Below, one piece after another: positions 49,781 to 62,293 of a DNA stretch of 64,000 bases. Under the pieces are notes generated by a model. The model saw only the letters and a program-made list of their open reading frames with translations, searched no databases and had not been told where the DNA came from. This stretch comes from an uncultured Wenzhouxiangella sp. GTDB lineage: Bacteria; Pseudomonadota; Gammaproteobacteria; Xanthomonadales; Wenzhouxiangellaceae. The stretch is taken from positions 10,399 to 74,398 of the forward strand of contig CAYTQT010000008.1 of the NCBI GenBank assembly GCA_964439915.1, in the 5' to 3' direction. Position numbers and translations under genes: made by a program. Positions within the stretch are counted from its first letter, which is position 1; each line of letters starts with the position of its first letter.

Positions 49781-50296
49781 ATGTTGATTCGATGTGCCTT
49801 GATCGTTGTGATTGCAGTGGGCCTGAGCGCCTGCAGTGATCGATCCGAGCCAGCCAATGATGCCGCTGAGCAGGCCGGGAGTGCTATGGATCGGGCATCC
49901 GAGGCCGCCGAGCAGAGCGCGCAGCGGATGCAGGAGGCAGCGCAGGACGCCTCCGAGAGAATGGATGAAATGTCCGCCGGCGCAAGGGATGCGATGAATC
50001 AGGCCCAGTCCCGCATCGCGGGGCTCTGGGACGAGGCCATGGCGATGGGTGAGCAGGCGCGTGATCAGGCCGCAGCCGCGCTCGAGGCAGCCCGCAGCGG
50101 CGACGCCGAAGCGATCGAGAAAGCCCGTGCTGCTGCGCGCAATGCCATGGAGCAGGCAGACGCCGCCTGGGAACAGGCCCGCGAATACACCGGCCCGGCC
50201 TGGGAGCAGATGCGCGAATCGGCCAACACCATGCGCGAACAGGCGCGGGATCTGTTGGACCAGGTCAACGAACTGGTCAGCGAGAACGACGCCTGA
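49781..50296 (+). CDS. Lipoprotein with Ala/Glu/Gln-rich amphipathic helical repeats
   Basis: GAAGGAG SD 6 nt before the ATG. MLIRCALIVVIAVGLSAC lipobox. Repeated A(M/W)(D/E)QA..xA motifs. Confidence 0.6.
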   Translation: MLIRCALIVVIAVGLSACSDRSEPANDAAEQAGSAMDRASEAAEQSAQRMQEAAQDASERMDEMSAGARDAMNQAQSRIAGLWDEAMAMGEQARDQAAAALEAARSGDAEAIEKARAAARNAMEQADAAWEQAREYTGPAWEQMRESANTMREQARDLLDQVNELVSENDA

Positions 50297-50387
50297 GTTC
50301 CGCGCCATGCACTTGTCCGCAGCGACCCCTGATCTTATCGCTCATGTCGCTGTGGGCGGTTTCTGCAACAATCCAGTGATTCACTGA

Positions 50388-53005
<2,618 letters not shown>

Positions 53006-53006
<1 letters not shown>

Positions 53007-53560
53007 TGCGCATCCATCGATCCATTCAAACGCCACGGTCGCCGATCCACGAGGCCCTGGCTCGACGCATCGTCCAGTGCCTGCTGCCGATCAGCCTGGT
53101 GGTTCTGCTCAGCGCCTGCGGTTTCCAGCTGCGCGGCGAAGCCCGTCTGCCAGCGGCCATGAGTCAGACCCAGCTGATGGCATCCGACCAGACCAGCGCA
53201 TTCGTGCGCGAGCTGGAACGCCTTCTGACCGCCAATGGTGTCGCCCTGACCGATGCGCGCACTGAATCAGCCGCCCGCCTGCGTATCGTCTCGGAGCGCA
53301 TGCGCCGGGAGGCGCTGACCATCGCCGGTGACGCCCGGGTTCGAGAGTTCGTCCTGATCTTCGAAGTCACCTTGAGCCTGGTCGATGCAGACGATCGCGT
53401 ACTGATGCCGGAAGAAACGCTGCGCCTGTCGCGGGACTACAGCTTCGATGAGCAGGAAATCCTGGCTGCGACTCGTGAAGAGGAGTTCCTGCGTGCCGAT
53501 CTGCGCCAGTCCATGGCGGCCCGCGTGCTGCGCCGGCTGGAGGGGATCGGCGGTTCATGA
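53006..53560 (+). CDS. lptE: LPS-assembly lipoprotein LptE
   Basis: Lipobox LLSACGFQLRG. Conserved position after leuS. 184 aa. Confidence 0.85.
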
Positions 53561-54579
53561 AATGCTTTCCCGACCGCCTTGATTCAACCCTGGCGCGGGG
53601 TCTGGCACCGGTCTATGTCGTCGCCGGGCCCGAGTTGCTCCTGGTCGAGGAGTCCTGCGATGCGATTCGCCGGGCCGCCCGCGAGGCGCAGATCGTCGAG
53701 CGGGTGGTTCTGGAAGCAGACGGGCGTTTCCAGTGGAACGAGCTCAATTCGGCCGGCGAATCCCTGTCGCTGTTCGCCACCCGGCGACTGATCGAAGTGC
53801 GCCTGCCGACCGGCAAGCCGGGGCGCGAGGGCGGTGCCGCCCTGCGTGATTGGGTGCAGGCCGAGCGTGACGATGTACTGCTGCTCAAGTGCCAGGCCTG
53901 GGATTTCAAATCCGAGAAAGCGGCCTGGTTCACCGCCCTGGACAAGCAGGGTGTGTTCGTCCCGTGCTGGACCATCAAGCCCCATCAGATGTCGCAGTGG
54001 ATCGAGCGCCGATTGGCCGCCCGGGGTCTGAAGGCCGAGCGATCGGCCTGCCGGTTCCTGGCCGATCGACTGGAGGGCAATCTGCTGGCCGCGGCCCAGG
54101 AGGTCGAGCGTCTGGCCCTGCTGCACAAACGCGACACGACGCTGGATGTCGATACCCTGCGGGCCGCCGTTGCCGACAGCGCGAGATTCGATGCGTTCCG
54201 CCTGACCGAGCTGGTGCTGACCGGCCAGGCCGGCGCGGCTGTCCGCTGCATCCGAGGTCTCCGGGAATCCGACACTCCGATGCCGATGGTGGTGTTTGCC
54301 CTGGCCCGCGAACTCCAGGTCATCCAGGCCCTGCACGCCGTCACGCCGACGATGTCGATGAGCCAGGCGCTCACCCGCTTCAATGTCTGGAAGACTCGCC
54401 AGGCCGCCGTATCGCAGGCGGCTTCCCGCATGCGACCGGCGCTGGTTCGCCAGGCCCTGGGGGGTCTTTCGGATCTGGATATCCAGTCGAAATCGAACGA
54501 CAAGGCCGCCTTCTGGCTGGGCCTCGAGCGGCTGTGCGTCGCCCTCGCGGTCAATGATCCCGAGCGACTGGCGGCATGA
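53557..54579 (+). CDS. holA: DNA polymerase III subunit delta
   Basis: 340 aa. PVYVVAGPELLLVEE N-terminus. Position within lptE-holA-nadD synteny. Confidence 0.85.
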   Translation: MKCFPDRLDSTLARGLAPVYVVAGPELLLVEESCDAIRRAAREAQIVERVVLEADGRFQWNELNSAGESLSLFATRRLIEVRLPTGKPGREGGAALRDWVQAERDDVLLLKCQAWDFKSEKAAWFTALDKQGVFVPCWTIKPHQMSQWIERRLAARGLKAERSACRFLADRLEGNLLAAAQEVERLALLHKRDTTLDVDTLRAAVADSARFDAFRLTELVLTGQAGAAVRCIRGLRESDTPMPMVVFALARELQVIQALHAVTPTMSMSQALTRFNVWKTRQAAVSQAASRMRPALVRQALGGLSDLDIQSKSNDKAAFWLGLERLCVALAVNDPERLAA

Positions 54580-55229
54580 CCAAGCGCCGCTTGAACAATC
54601 CGGCGGTCGCGGTTTTCGGCGGCACCTTCGACCCGGTGCACTACGGCCATCTGCGGGCCGCAGCGGAAGTTGCCGAGCAGCTCAAGGTCAGTGATTTCCG
54701 CCTGCTCCCGGCCGGCCAGCCCCCGCACCGGGAGGGCACCTGGGCTGATGCCCATCATCGCCTGGCCATGCTTGAACTGGCGCTGGCACCCTATCCCGAC
54801 CTGACCGTGGACGATCGCGAGGTTCAGCGCTCCGGTCCCTCATTCATGGTCGACACCCTGGCCACGCTGCGCGAAGATGTCGGCGAGGCGCCGATTCTGC
54901 TCTGCGTCGGGCAGGATGCGGCCAACCATCTTAATCGCTGGCACCGCTGGCGCGATCTTTTCGAGCTGGCCCATCTGGTCATCATGGCCCGCCCCTTAAG
55001 TCATCCGCGCTACCCCCAGGACCTGGATGAAATGTTCGATCAACGACGGGTGAAACGAACCCGTGATCTGATGAAGAGTCCCTGCGGCCTGGTCCGCCAC
55101 GTCGAAATCACCCAGCTGGCGATTTCTTCGACCGACATCCGCCGCCAGCTTGCCTCGGGCCGCGATCCTCGCTTTCTGCTCCCGACCGCCGTCCTGGCCT
55201 ACATCCGCAAGCATGGTCTGTATGCCTGA
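54576..55229 (+). CDS. nadD: Nicotinate-nucleotide adenylyltransferase
   Basis: GGTFDPVHYGHL (HxGH motif) and ISSTDIR near the C-terminus. Confidence 0.9.
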   Translation: MTKRRLNNPAVAVFGGTFDPVHYGHLRAAAEVAEQLKVSDFRLLPAGQPPHREGTWADAHHRLAMLELALAPYPDLTVDDREVQRSGPSFMVDTLATLREDVGEAPILLCVGQDAANHLNRWHRWRDLFELAHLVIMARPLSHPRYPQDLDEMFDQRRVKRTRDLMKSPCGLVRHVEITQLAISSTDIRRQLASGRDPRFLLPTAVLAYIRKHGLYA

Positions 55230-55301
55230 CGATCACCAGCTCTCGGCCGACGCGGAAACCTGGGGGTGTGAATCTCGGCGCCAAAGCGAGTAAACTGCAG
55301 T

Positions 55302-55697
55302 TTGATCCAGCCCAACCACGACTTCGAATTCTTGAGCGCACAACAATTTCCTGACGTAATCGCCCTTCGCGACATGGCTCTGTCGGTCCTCGACGACGCC
55401 AAGGGCGAAGACATCCAGCACATCGATCTGCGCGATCGTTCCAGCTTCGCCGATTTCATGATTATCGCGACCGGCAACTCGACCCGGCAGGTCAAGGCCA
55501 TGGCGGACCGGCTGGTCCAGCGGGCGAAATCCACAGGCGTCCCGCCCCTGGGCGTCGAGGGCGATCGGGAAGCCGAATGGGTGCTGGTCGATCTGGCCGA
55601 CGTAGTGGTGCATCTGATGACACCGCAGACACGGGCCTTCTACAACCTCGAAAAACTCTGGTCCGCACCACCGACGAGTCAGACCGCCCGGGTCTGA
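55302..55697 (+). CDS. rsfS: Ribosome silencing factor RsfS
   Basis: LDDAKGEDIQHIDLRDRSSFADFMIIATGNSTRQVKAMADRL...GVEGDREAEWVLVDLADVVVHLM...YNLEKLW parallels E. coli RsfS. Start is uncertain (TTG 55302 or TTG 55332). Confidence 0.85.
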   Translation: MIQPNHDFEFLSAQQFPDVIALRDMALSVLDDAKGEDIQHIDLRDRSSFADFMIIATGNSTRQVKAMADRLVQRAKSTGVPPLGVEGDREAEWVLVDLADVVVHLMTPQTRAFYNLEKLWSAPPTSQTARV

Positions 55698-55737
55698 GGC
55701 TTGAAGGGTGTGAACCGCTGGGTTAGGTGCTGACTCG

Positions 55738-56202
55738 GTGGACCTGCTGGTCATCTCAATCGGTCTGCGCATGCCGTCCTGGGTGGCTGACGGCTGGAAG
55801 GATTATGCCCGTCGCATGCCGCCTCACCTCCCACTGAAACTGATCGAAGTCAGCCCCGCCGGGCGCAAGGACCGGGGTCGAGAGCCTCAGGCCGAGGCGC
55901 AGGCATTGGCTGAGCGCATCCCGGATCGTGCACGCCGTGTCGCGCTGCATGGCCCGGGCAAGCCCTGGTCCACCGAGGTCCTGGCAGGCCAGATAGCCGA
56001 TTGGCAGCACGATGGTGATCCGATCTGTTTTCTGATCGGTGGCGCTGAGGGTCTGTCCCCCGAATTGCTGTCGAGCTGCCAGTCACGCTGGTCGCTCGGA
56101 CCGGCGGTCTTTCCCCATATGCTGGTGCGCGTCCTGGTCGCCGAGCAGCTCTATCGGGCAACCACCATACTCAGCGGCCATCCCTATCACCGTGGCAACT
56201 GA
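55738..56202 (+). CDS. rlmH: 23S rRNA (pseudouridine1915-N3)-methyltransferase
   Basis: 154 aa, GTG start. VDLLVISIGLRMPSWVADGWKDYARRMP parallels E. coli RlmH. C-terminal HPYHR. Confidence 0.9.
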   Translation: MDLLVISIGLRMPSWVADGWKDYARRMPPHLPLKLIEVSPAGRKDRGREPQAEAQALAERIPDRARRVALHGPGKPWSTEVLAGQIADWQHDGDPICFLIGGAEGLSPELLSSCQSRWSLGPAVFPHMLVRVLVAEQLYRATTILSGHPYHRGN

Positions 56203-56212
56203 TTCCTCGCGG

Positions 56213-56842
56213 GTGCCTGGCCTGATTCTGGCTTCGGCCTCGCCGCGACGGCGCGAGTTGATGGCGTGCTTCGGTCTCGACTACACGGTCCAACCGGCGG
56301 CCATCGATGAGTCGCCGCGCATCGGCGAGAAGGCGGCTGACTATGTCCTCAGAATGGCCAAAGAAAAAGCCCTGGCGGTGGCCGCACGCCATCCTGAGCA
56401 ATTCGTTCTGGCTGCCGATACCTCGGTGGTGCTGGCGGGGCGGATACTGGGCAAGCCGGCCACGCCGGCCCAGGCCTGCGGAATGCTCGAATCGCTTTCG
56501 GATCGGGTGCACCAGGTCATTACCGCTGTCAGCCTGATCACGCCCGGTGCGAAACAGGACCGGGTTCCGCACAATCGGCTGTCCTGTACGGATGTGTGGT
56601 TTGCCGAGCTGAGTCCGGCATGGATCGGGGCCTATGTCGCCAGCGGTGACCCGATGGACAAGGCCGGAGCCTATGGAATCCAGAACGCGGCCGGTCTGAA
56701 GATTCGTCGCATCGACGGCAGCTACAGCGGGGTCGTGGGCCTGCCGCTCTATGAGACCGCAGCGCTGCTGGAGGCAGCCGGTCTGCTTGGGTCGAGGGAG
56801 GCGTCTGACCCTGAGCGCGGCCGGGATTCAGAGGCTTCCTGA
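56213..56842 (+). CDS. maf: Maf-family nucleoside triphosphate pyrophosphatase
   Basis: LILASASPRRRELM N-terminal motif and DKAGAYGIQ motif. GTG at 56213 chosen as start (uncertain). Confidence 0.8.
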   Translation: MPGLILASASPRRRELMACFGLDYTVQPAAIDESPRIGEKAADYVLRMAKEKALAVAARHPEQFVLAADTSVVLAGRILGKPATPAQACGMLESLSDRVHQVITAVSLITPGAKQDRVPHNRLSCTDVWFAELSPAWIGAYVASGDPMDKAGAYGIQNAAGLKIRRIDGSYSGVVGLPLYETAALLEAAGLLGSREASDPERGRDSEAS

Positions 56843-56934
56843 AGCCTTCGATGCTATGCTTCGGCGTGGTTTCGAGGGCCCTTGAGGCGCTTTGGCCAGG
56901 CCTTCGATACCCGTTCTTCAACTTTCTTGAGTGA

Positions 56935-58416
56935 GTGGCCCGTGTGAGCGATGAAATCCTGATCAATGTCACGCTGACCGAAACCCGGGTGGCCGTGGTC
57001 GAAAGCGGCCTGCTGCAGGAGCTCTATCTCGAGCGCGACGACGACGTCAGCTATGTTGGCAACATCTACATGGGGCGGGTCGAACGGGTCCTGCCCGGCA
57101 TGCAGGCGGCCTTCGTGAATATCGGCCTGGATCGAACGGCCTTTCTGCATGCCAATGACATCGTGCCGCGGCAGCCTGAAATCGACGACAACGGTGAACC
57201 GGTTCAGATTCCGGCCATCAATGACCTGGTCGAACAGGGCCAGGCGATCATGGTTCAAGTCATCAAGGATCCGCTCGGCAGCAAGGGCGCCCGACTGACG
57301 ACCCAGCTCAGCGTGCCCTCACGCTACCTGGTGCTATTGCCCGGGGTCAGCAGTATCGGCGTGTCCGTGCGCATCGAGGCGGACGAGGAAAGACAGCGTC
57401 TCAAGGACCTGGTCCGGTCCCTGGCAGGTGAGGGCGAGAAGTCCGGCTATATCCTTCGGACCAACGCCGAGGGCATCGGCGAGGAGTCGCTAGCTCGGGA
57501 TATGGATTATCTGCGCCGGCTGTGGTCCCGAATCGAGAGCGCTGCCCAGACCATTCAGCCGGGCCACTGCATCTACGAAGATCTGTCCCTGCCTTACCGA
57601 TCGCTTCGGGACCACATGCATGGCGGCATCGAGAAAGTGCGGATCGACGATGACGAGACCCAGCAGCGCGCGACCCGCTTCGCCAAGGAGTTCTTCCCGG
57701 AATGGAAGGATCGGATCGAACACTATCGCGCCGACAGCCCGCTGTTCGACCTGTATGGCGTGGAAGACGAGATCGAGCGCGCCCTGAGTCGCACCACGCC
57801 GCTGAAATCCGGTGGGCATCTGACCATCGATCAGACCGAGGCCATGACCACGGTGGACGTGAACACCGGCGCCTATGTCGGCTTCAGGAACCTTGAAGAA
57901 ACGGTCTACAAGACCAATCTAGAAGCCGCCCAGGCGATTGCCCGTCAGCTGCGTCTGCGCAATCTGGGCGGTATCATCATCATCGATTTCATCGACATGT
58001 CCGATCCTGAACACAAGCGTCAGGTGCTCAGAACACTGCAGCGCGCTCTGGCGCGTGATCATGCCCGCAGCACCGTGTCCGACATTTCGCCGCTGGGCCT
58101 GGTCGAAATGACCCGAAAGCGCACGACCGAGAGTCTCGAGCACCGCCTCTGCGAACCGTGCTCGGCCTGTGACGGCATGGGTCGGGTCAAGAGCGTGGAC
58201 ACCGTCTGCGCCGAGATCTTTCGCGAGATCCTGCGGGCCGTTCGACAGTTCGAAACCGGCCAGCTGCGGGTGATGGCGACACCGGCGGTCGTCAACCGCA
58301 TGATGGAGGATCACCGTGGCGCCATCGCCGAACTCACCGAACAGCTCGGAACCTCAATCCAGTTCCAGCCGGAAGAGCAGTACGGTCAGGAGCAGTTCGA
58401 CGTGGTTCTGCTGTAG
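56935..58416 (+). CDS. rng: Ribonuclease G
   Basis: 493 aa. SDEILINVTLTETRVAVVESGLLQELYLER, GNIYMGRVERVLPGMQAAFVNIG (S1 domain), and GGIIIIDFIDM. An alternative GTG start is at 56944. Confidence 0.9.
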   Translation: MARVSDEILINVTLTETRVAVVESGLLQELYLERDDDVSYVGNIYMGRVERVLPGMQAAFVNIGLDRTAFLHANDIVPRQPEIDDNGEPVQIPAINDLVEQGQAIMVQVIKDPLGSKGARLTTQLSVPSRYLVLLPGVSSIGVSVRIEADEERQRLKDLVRSLAGEGEKSGYILRTNAEGIGEESLARDMDYLRRLWSRIESAAQTIQPGHCIYEDLSLPYRSLRDHMHGGIEKVRIDDDETQQRATRFAKEFFPEWKDRIEHYRADSPLFDLYGVEDEIERALSRTTPLKSGGHLTIDQTEAMTTVDVNTGAYVGFRNLEETVYKTNLEAAQAIARQLRLRNLGGIIIIDFIDMSDPEHKRQVLRTLQRALARDHARSTVSDISPLGLVEMTRKRTTESLEHRLCEPCSACDGMGRVKSVDTVCAEIFREILRAVRQFETGQLRVMATPAVVNRMMEDHRGAIAELTEQLGTSIQFQPEEQYGQEQFDVVLL

Positions 58417-58430
58417 TCGGAACGACGATC

Positions 58431-61400
58431 TTGTCTGATCAATTGCACTCCCCGTCCGGTCTGCGCCGCGGATTGCGTCAGCTTCGCGGCTGGCTGCTGA
58501 TCCTGATCGCGGTTCTGATCATTGCCACGGCCGTTCTCGTCGGCGTGGGTCGAGCCCTGATCCCTTACGCCGATTCGATGCGTCCCTGGGTGACCGAGCG
58601 CCTGAGTGACCGACTCGGCGAGCCGGTCCGCATCGGCCGACTCGAAGTCCAGTGGCCCCGCCTGACGCCGCAGCTGAGTCTGTATGACGTCCGTGTCGGG
58701 CCGCACGACACGCCCCTGCTGCATGTCGATCAGGCACGTATCGAAGTCCATCTGCCCAATCTGATCGACCAGGACAGCAATCTGATGGAGCTGATCGTGC
58801 TCGGTCTCCAGCTGGTTCTGGAGGAAGACCAGGACGGTCGCTGGGGCGTGCGGGTGGAAGGGGGTGCGCAGATCGGCCAGCGTGGCAGCGAGGGGGGTGC
58901 CGGGCTGCTGGGTGACCTGACCGTTCGGGATGCCCGATTGACGATCAGGACGCGGACGGGTCTGGAATTTGCGACGCGGCTGGCCGAGGGCGAGGTGCAA
59001 CGGCGAGGGCTTGAAACGGCCATCCGCGGCCGGATGGAGCCGGTCAACGGCGGCGGCAACCCCCTCGAATTCTCGCTCCTTCTCGCAGCCGATGAGGGTC
59101 GATGGACCAGCGGCCGGGCCTGGGTCGGCGGCGAATCGCTGCGGATCGGTCAGTGGTTGAGCGCACCCGGGGTGCCGCCCGAAGTCGAGGTGTCGCTCGA
59201 GGCCTGGACCGACTGGAATGAGCGACAGGGCGGGCGGATCGATATGGATCTTCTCGTCGATGGCCTGGCTGGCGCCGAAGACGGTCTGGAGGCCGAATTG
59301 CTGATCAGCCGGCAGAATCGCGCCACCCAGATCGAGCTGGTCAGTCTCGAGCGCGCCGGGGAGGCGCCGCTCGAGCTGATCGAGGGCCTGGCCGTGGCGC
59401 GACAGGGCGAGAACTGGGCTCTGGCGATCGATGCACTCGAGCTCGAACCCCTGCACGCCCTGGTCTCGCCCTGGCTGCGTGATCAGGTCTGGTGGCCGTC
59501 TCGATTGTCGGGACAGCTGCGATCGATCGAAGCAGGCTGGCGCATAAGCGCCGGCCTGAACCGCCTGTCGGGAGAGATGAACGACCTGCAGTGGCGGGTG
59601 CCGGAGCGGTTTCCCAGTCTCTCCGGGCTCAATGTGGCGCTCGGCCTGTCGGGGGATCGGCCGGTCCTGATACCGCGCGGCCAGCCACGCGTGGACTGGG
59701 CCTCGGTCTTCCGCGAGCCGATCGATGTCGAGGAGACCCGCGGCCGGGCCATCCTGTCATGGCGTGCCATCGAGCTTCAGAACCTGCTCATCGACACCGG
59801 CTTCGTTCGCGGGTCGACCGACGGCTGGTTGTATTTCGTCGAACGCAAGCCCTTTATTGATCTGATGATCGAAGTGGATCGACTCGGGCCGGTCGACCCG
59901 CGGCGGTTCATGCCACAGCGTTTCATCCCACCGAAGACGCTCGAATGGCTGAACCGCTCGCTGACCCGAATCGATTCGGCCACAGGCTATGTCCTGCTCA
60001 GCATGCAGGCGGGACTCAAGACACCGCAGATCAGACGCGGCCATTTCGTCTCCGAGGCGGTTGTCGAGGGTGTGGATATCAGCTACCAACCTGACTGGCC
60101 TGCGGCGCTGGATCTGAACGGCCGGGCGACCTTCATGGGCCGTGAGATCTACGCCAGCGTGAGCGGCGGTCGGCTCGGCGACCTGGCCCTGGCGTCGGCC
60201 GACCTGGCGATTCCGGATCTGGTCGATCCGGTGCTGGATCTGAGGCTGGAGTCCGGCCCAAGCGCGGCGGCCGAAGTCCAGACCCTCCTGTCCAGGATTC
60301 CCGAAGAAAGCTGGCAGCGAAGCCTCGAACCGATGCGATGGCGCGGAGAGGTGGATATCAGCACCCGCATGCGTCTGCCCTTCAAGCGCATGCCGGAATG
60401 GTGGCTGGAGGGCGAAGCCCGCCTCAGCGATGCGGTCCTGAACCTGCCTGATGCCGGTCTCCGATTCGAGGGTCTGAGCGGGCAGGTGGGCTTCGATCGT
60501 CTGGCCCTTGGGCCGGCAACGCTGCGGTTGAATGGGGATCGCGGCGAGGCCGGGCCCGAACAGATCGAGCTGGTTGCCTCCTTCGCTGAGCCGGCCTGGC
60601 TGGAGATGACCGGCCGAATCAACCCGCTCGGAGTCCTGGTGGATCCGGGTCGGCTGCGCGGCCGTGTCGCCGGCCGCACCGAGCTGAGCGCTCGAATCGC
60701 TGCACATCAGCAGGGTGGCCTGGCGATCCGGCTGGAGTCGGAGCTGGCAGGTCTGGATGTCGACCTGCCGGCACCGCTCGAGAAGGGGCCGGACATCGCC
60801 TGGCCGACCCGACTCGATCTGCGCCTGGACGAGCCCTTCCAGTCGGCCGTGGTCACGATCGGTGACGTCCTCGATATCCAGTCCGAACGGGATGCAGACG
60901 GATGGCGGATGGGAGTCAGCGTCGACGATAAGCCCGCCGATCTGCCGGACGCCGGACTGCGCGTGCGAGGGGAGCTGCCTCGGCTGAACCTCGATGACTG
61001 GCGCCAGATCCTGTCCGACCGGCTGACCGATGTCGGCAACAATGCCGTCAGCGAGCTCGAGGCCGAGATCGAACTGTCCGTCGCCGAGCTGATCGTGGCC
61101 GGCGTTCGGATGGAGCAGGTCGCCTTCGATCTGGGTCGGGACTCGACGGCCTGGCGGGCGCGCTTCGATGGTCCCGACATTGCCGGGGAGGTGGTGGTCC
61201 CGATTCCGCTGGACTCGGGCCGCGTGGTGGTGGCCGATCTCGAGCGCCTTCATTTCGATCGAATCGAGCCCGAGGGCGATATTCCGGAGCTGGACCAACT
61301 GGAGATGTCGCGCAAGACCTCGACCGAGAACCCGATGGGACGTCCTCCGCTGCATCTACTGGTCGAGACGCTGCGCTGGGGTGAGCTCGATCTGGGTCGG

Positions 61401-62204
61401 GCGCGGCTGGAGTCTCATCCCTCGGCCGAGGGCCTCGAGGTCGAGCTGATCGACGTCTCCGGCCCTGATCTGAGATTCAACGGCAGCGGGCGCTGGATCT
61501 GGCGCGATGGCCGGCCCGAGTCCCAGTTCTCCGGCCGCCTGACGACCGATTCGATCGGGCCGCTGCTGGAATCGGCCGGCTATCAATCGCCGCTGCAGGC
61601 CGAGCGCACCCAGCTTGAAGTCGATCTGCGCTGGCCCGGAGCACCTGCCGATTTTGCCTTGGGGCGATTGAGCGGGGTGCTCGATCTGCAGATCGCCGAT
61701 GGCCTGATTCCCGAGGCCCGTCCCGGTGCCGGACGGCTGTTGGGCCTGGGCAGTCTGGCCGCCCTGCCGCGACGTCTGGCCCTGGATTTTCGCGACGTGT
61801 TCGAATCGGGCCTGAAGTTCGATCAGATCGAGGGAAGCTTCGACCTGGCCTCGGGCTTTGCCCGAACCGACGCGCTGACGGTGTATTCCCCGGCCGTCCT
61901 GATCACCATTTCCGGCGATACCGATATGGCCAACCGCGAGTACGATCAGGTCGTGCGCGTCGAACCCGGCCTCGGCGGCACGCTGCCGGTCATCGGTGTT
62001 CTCGCCGGTGGTCCGGTGGGTGCGGCCGCGGGCCTGGTCCTGCAGTCCATCCTGGAGCGGCCGATGCGCGGTCTGGCCGAAGCACGCTACACCGTGACAG
62101 GACCGTGGAGCGAGCCGCAGATGGAACTGGTCGAGGCCCGTGCCAGTGAGGCCGCCTCGGGTGCTGCTTCCGCGGATAGCGATGATCGGTCGCCGCCTGA
62201 TTGA
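58431..62204 (+). CDS. yhdP: YhdP-family (AsmA-like) envelope lipid-transport protein
   Basis: 1257 aa with a TTG start and an N-terminal TM (LLILIAVLIIATAVLVGV). Large beta-rich body. Conserved position between rng and tldD. C-terminal GPWSEPQ motif. Confidence 0.8.
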   Translation: MSDQLHSPSGLRRGLRQLRGWLLILIAVLIIATAVLVGVGRALIPYADSMRPWVTERLSDRLGEPVRIGRLEVQWPRLTPQLSLYDVRVGPHDTPLLHVDQARIEVHLPNLIDQDSNLMELIVLGLQLVLEEDQDGRWGVRVEGGAQIGQRGSEGGAGLLGDLTVRDARLTIRTRTGLEFATRLAEGEVQRRGLETAIRGRMEPVNGGGNPLEFSLLLAADEGRWTSGRAWVGGESLRIGQWLSAPGVPPEVEVSLEAWTDWNERQGGRIDMDLLVDGLAGAEDGLEAELLISRQNRATQIELVSLERAGEAPLELIEGLAVARQGENWALAIDALELEPLHALVSPWLRDQVWWPSRLSGQLRSIEAGWRISAGLNRLSGEMNDLQWRVPERFPSLSGLNVALGLSGDRPVLIPRGQPRVDWASVFREPIDVEETRGRAILSWRAIELQNLLIDTGFVRGSTDGWLYFVERKPFIDLMIEVDRLGPVDPRRFMPQRFIPPKTLEWLNRSLTRIDSATGYVLLSMQAGLKTPQIRRGHFVSEAVVEGVDISYQPDWPAALDLNGRATFMGREIYASVSGGRLGDLALASADLAIPDLVDPVLDLRLESGPSAAAEVQTLLSRIPEESWQRSLEPMRWRGEVDISTRMRLPFKRMPEWWLEGEARLSDAVLNLPDAGLRFEGLSGQVGFDRLALGPATLRLNGDRGEAGPEQIELVASFAEPAWLEMTGRINPLGVLVDPGRLRGRVAGRTELSARIAAHQQGGLAIRLESELAGLDVDLPAPLEKGPDIAWPTRLDLRLDEPFQSAVVTIGDVLDIQSERDADGWRMGVSVDDKPADLPDAGLRVRGELPRLNLDDWRQILSDRLTDVGNNAVSELEAEIELSVAELIVAGVRMEQVAFDLGRDSTAWRARFDGPDIAGEVVVPIPLDSGRVVVADLERLHFDRIEPEGDIPELDQLEMSRKTSTENPMGRPPLHLLVETLRWGELDLGRARLESHPSAEGLEVELIDVSGPDLRFNGSGRWIWRDGRPESQFSGRLTTDSIGPLLESAGYQSPLQAERTQLEVDLRWPGAPADFALGRLSGVLDLQIADGLIPEARPGAGRLLGLGSLAALPRRLALDFRDVFESGLKFDQIEGSFDLASGFARTDALTVYSPAVLITISGDTDMANREYDQVVRVEPGLGGTLPVIGVLAGGPVGAAAGLVLQSILERPMRGLAEARYTVTGPWSEPQMELVEARASEAASGAASADSDDRSPPD

Positions 62205-62293
62205 AACCGGCGGTCATCGACCGAATATCTCTTTCTGGGCGCGGCTGCGCCTGTTTCGATTTCTCTCACCCTTGATCTGGACACCCTGAATTC

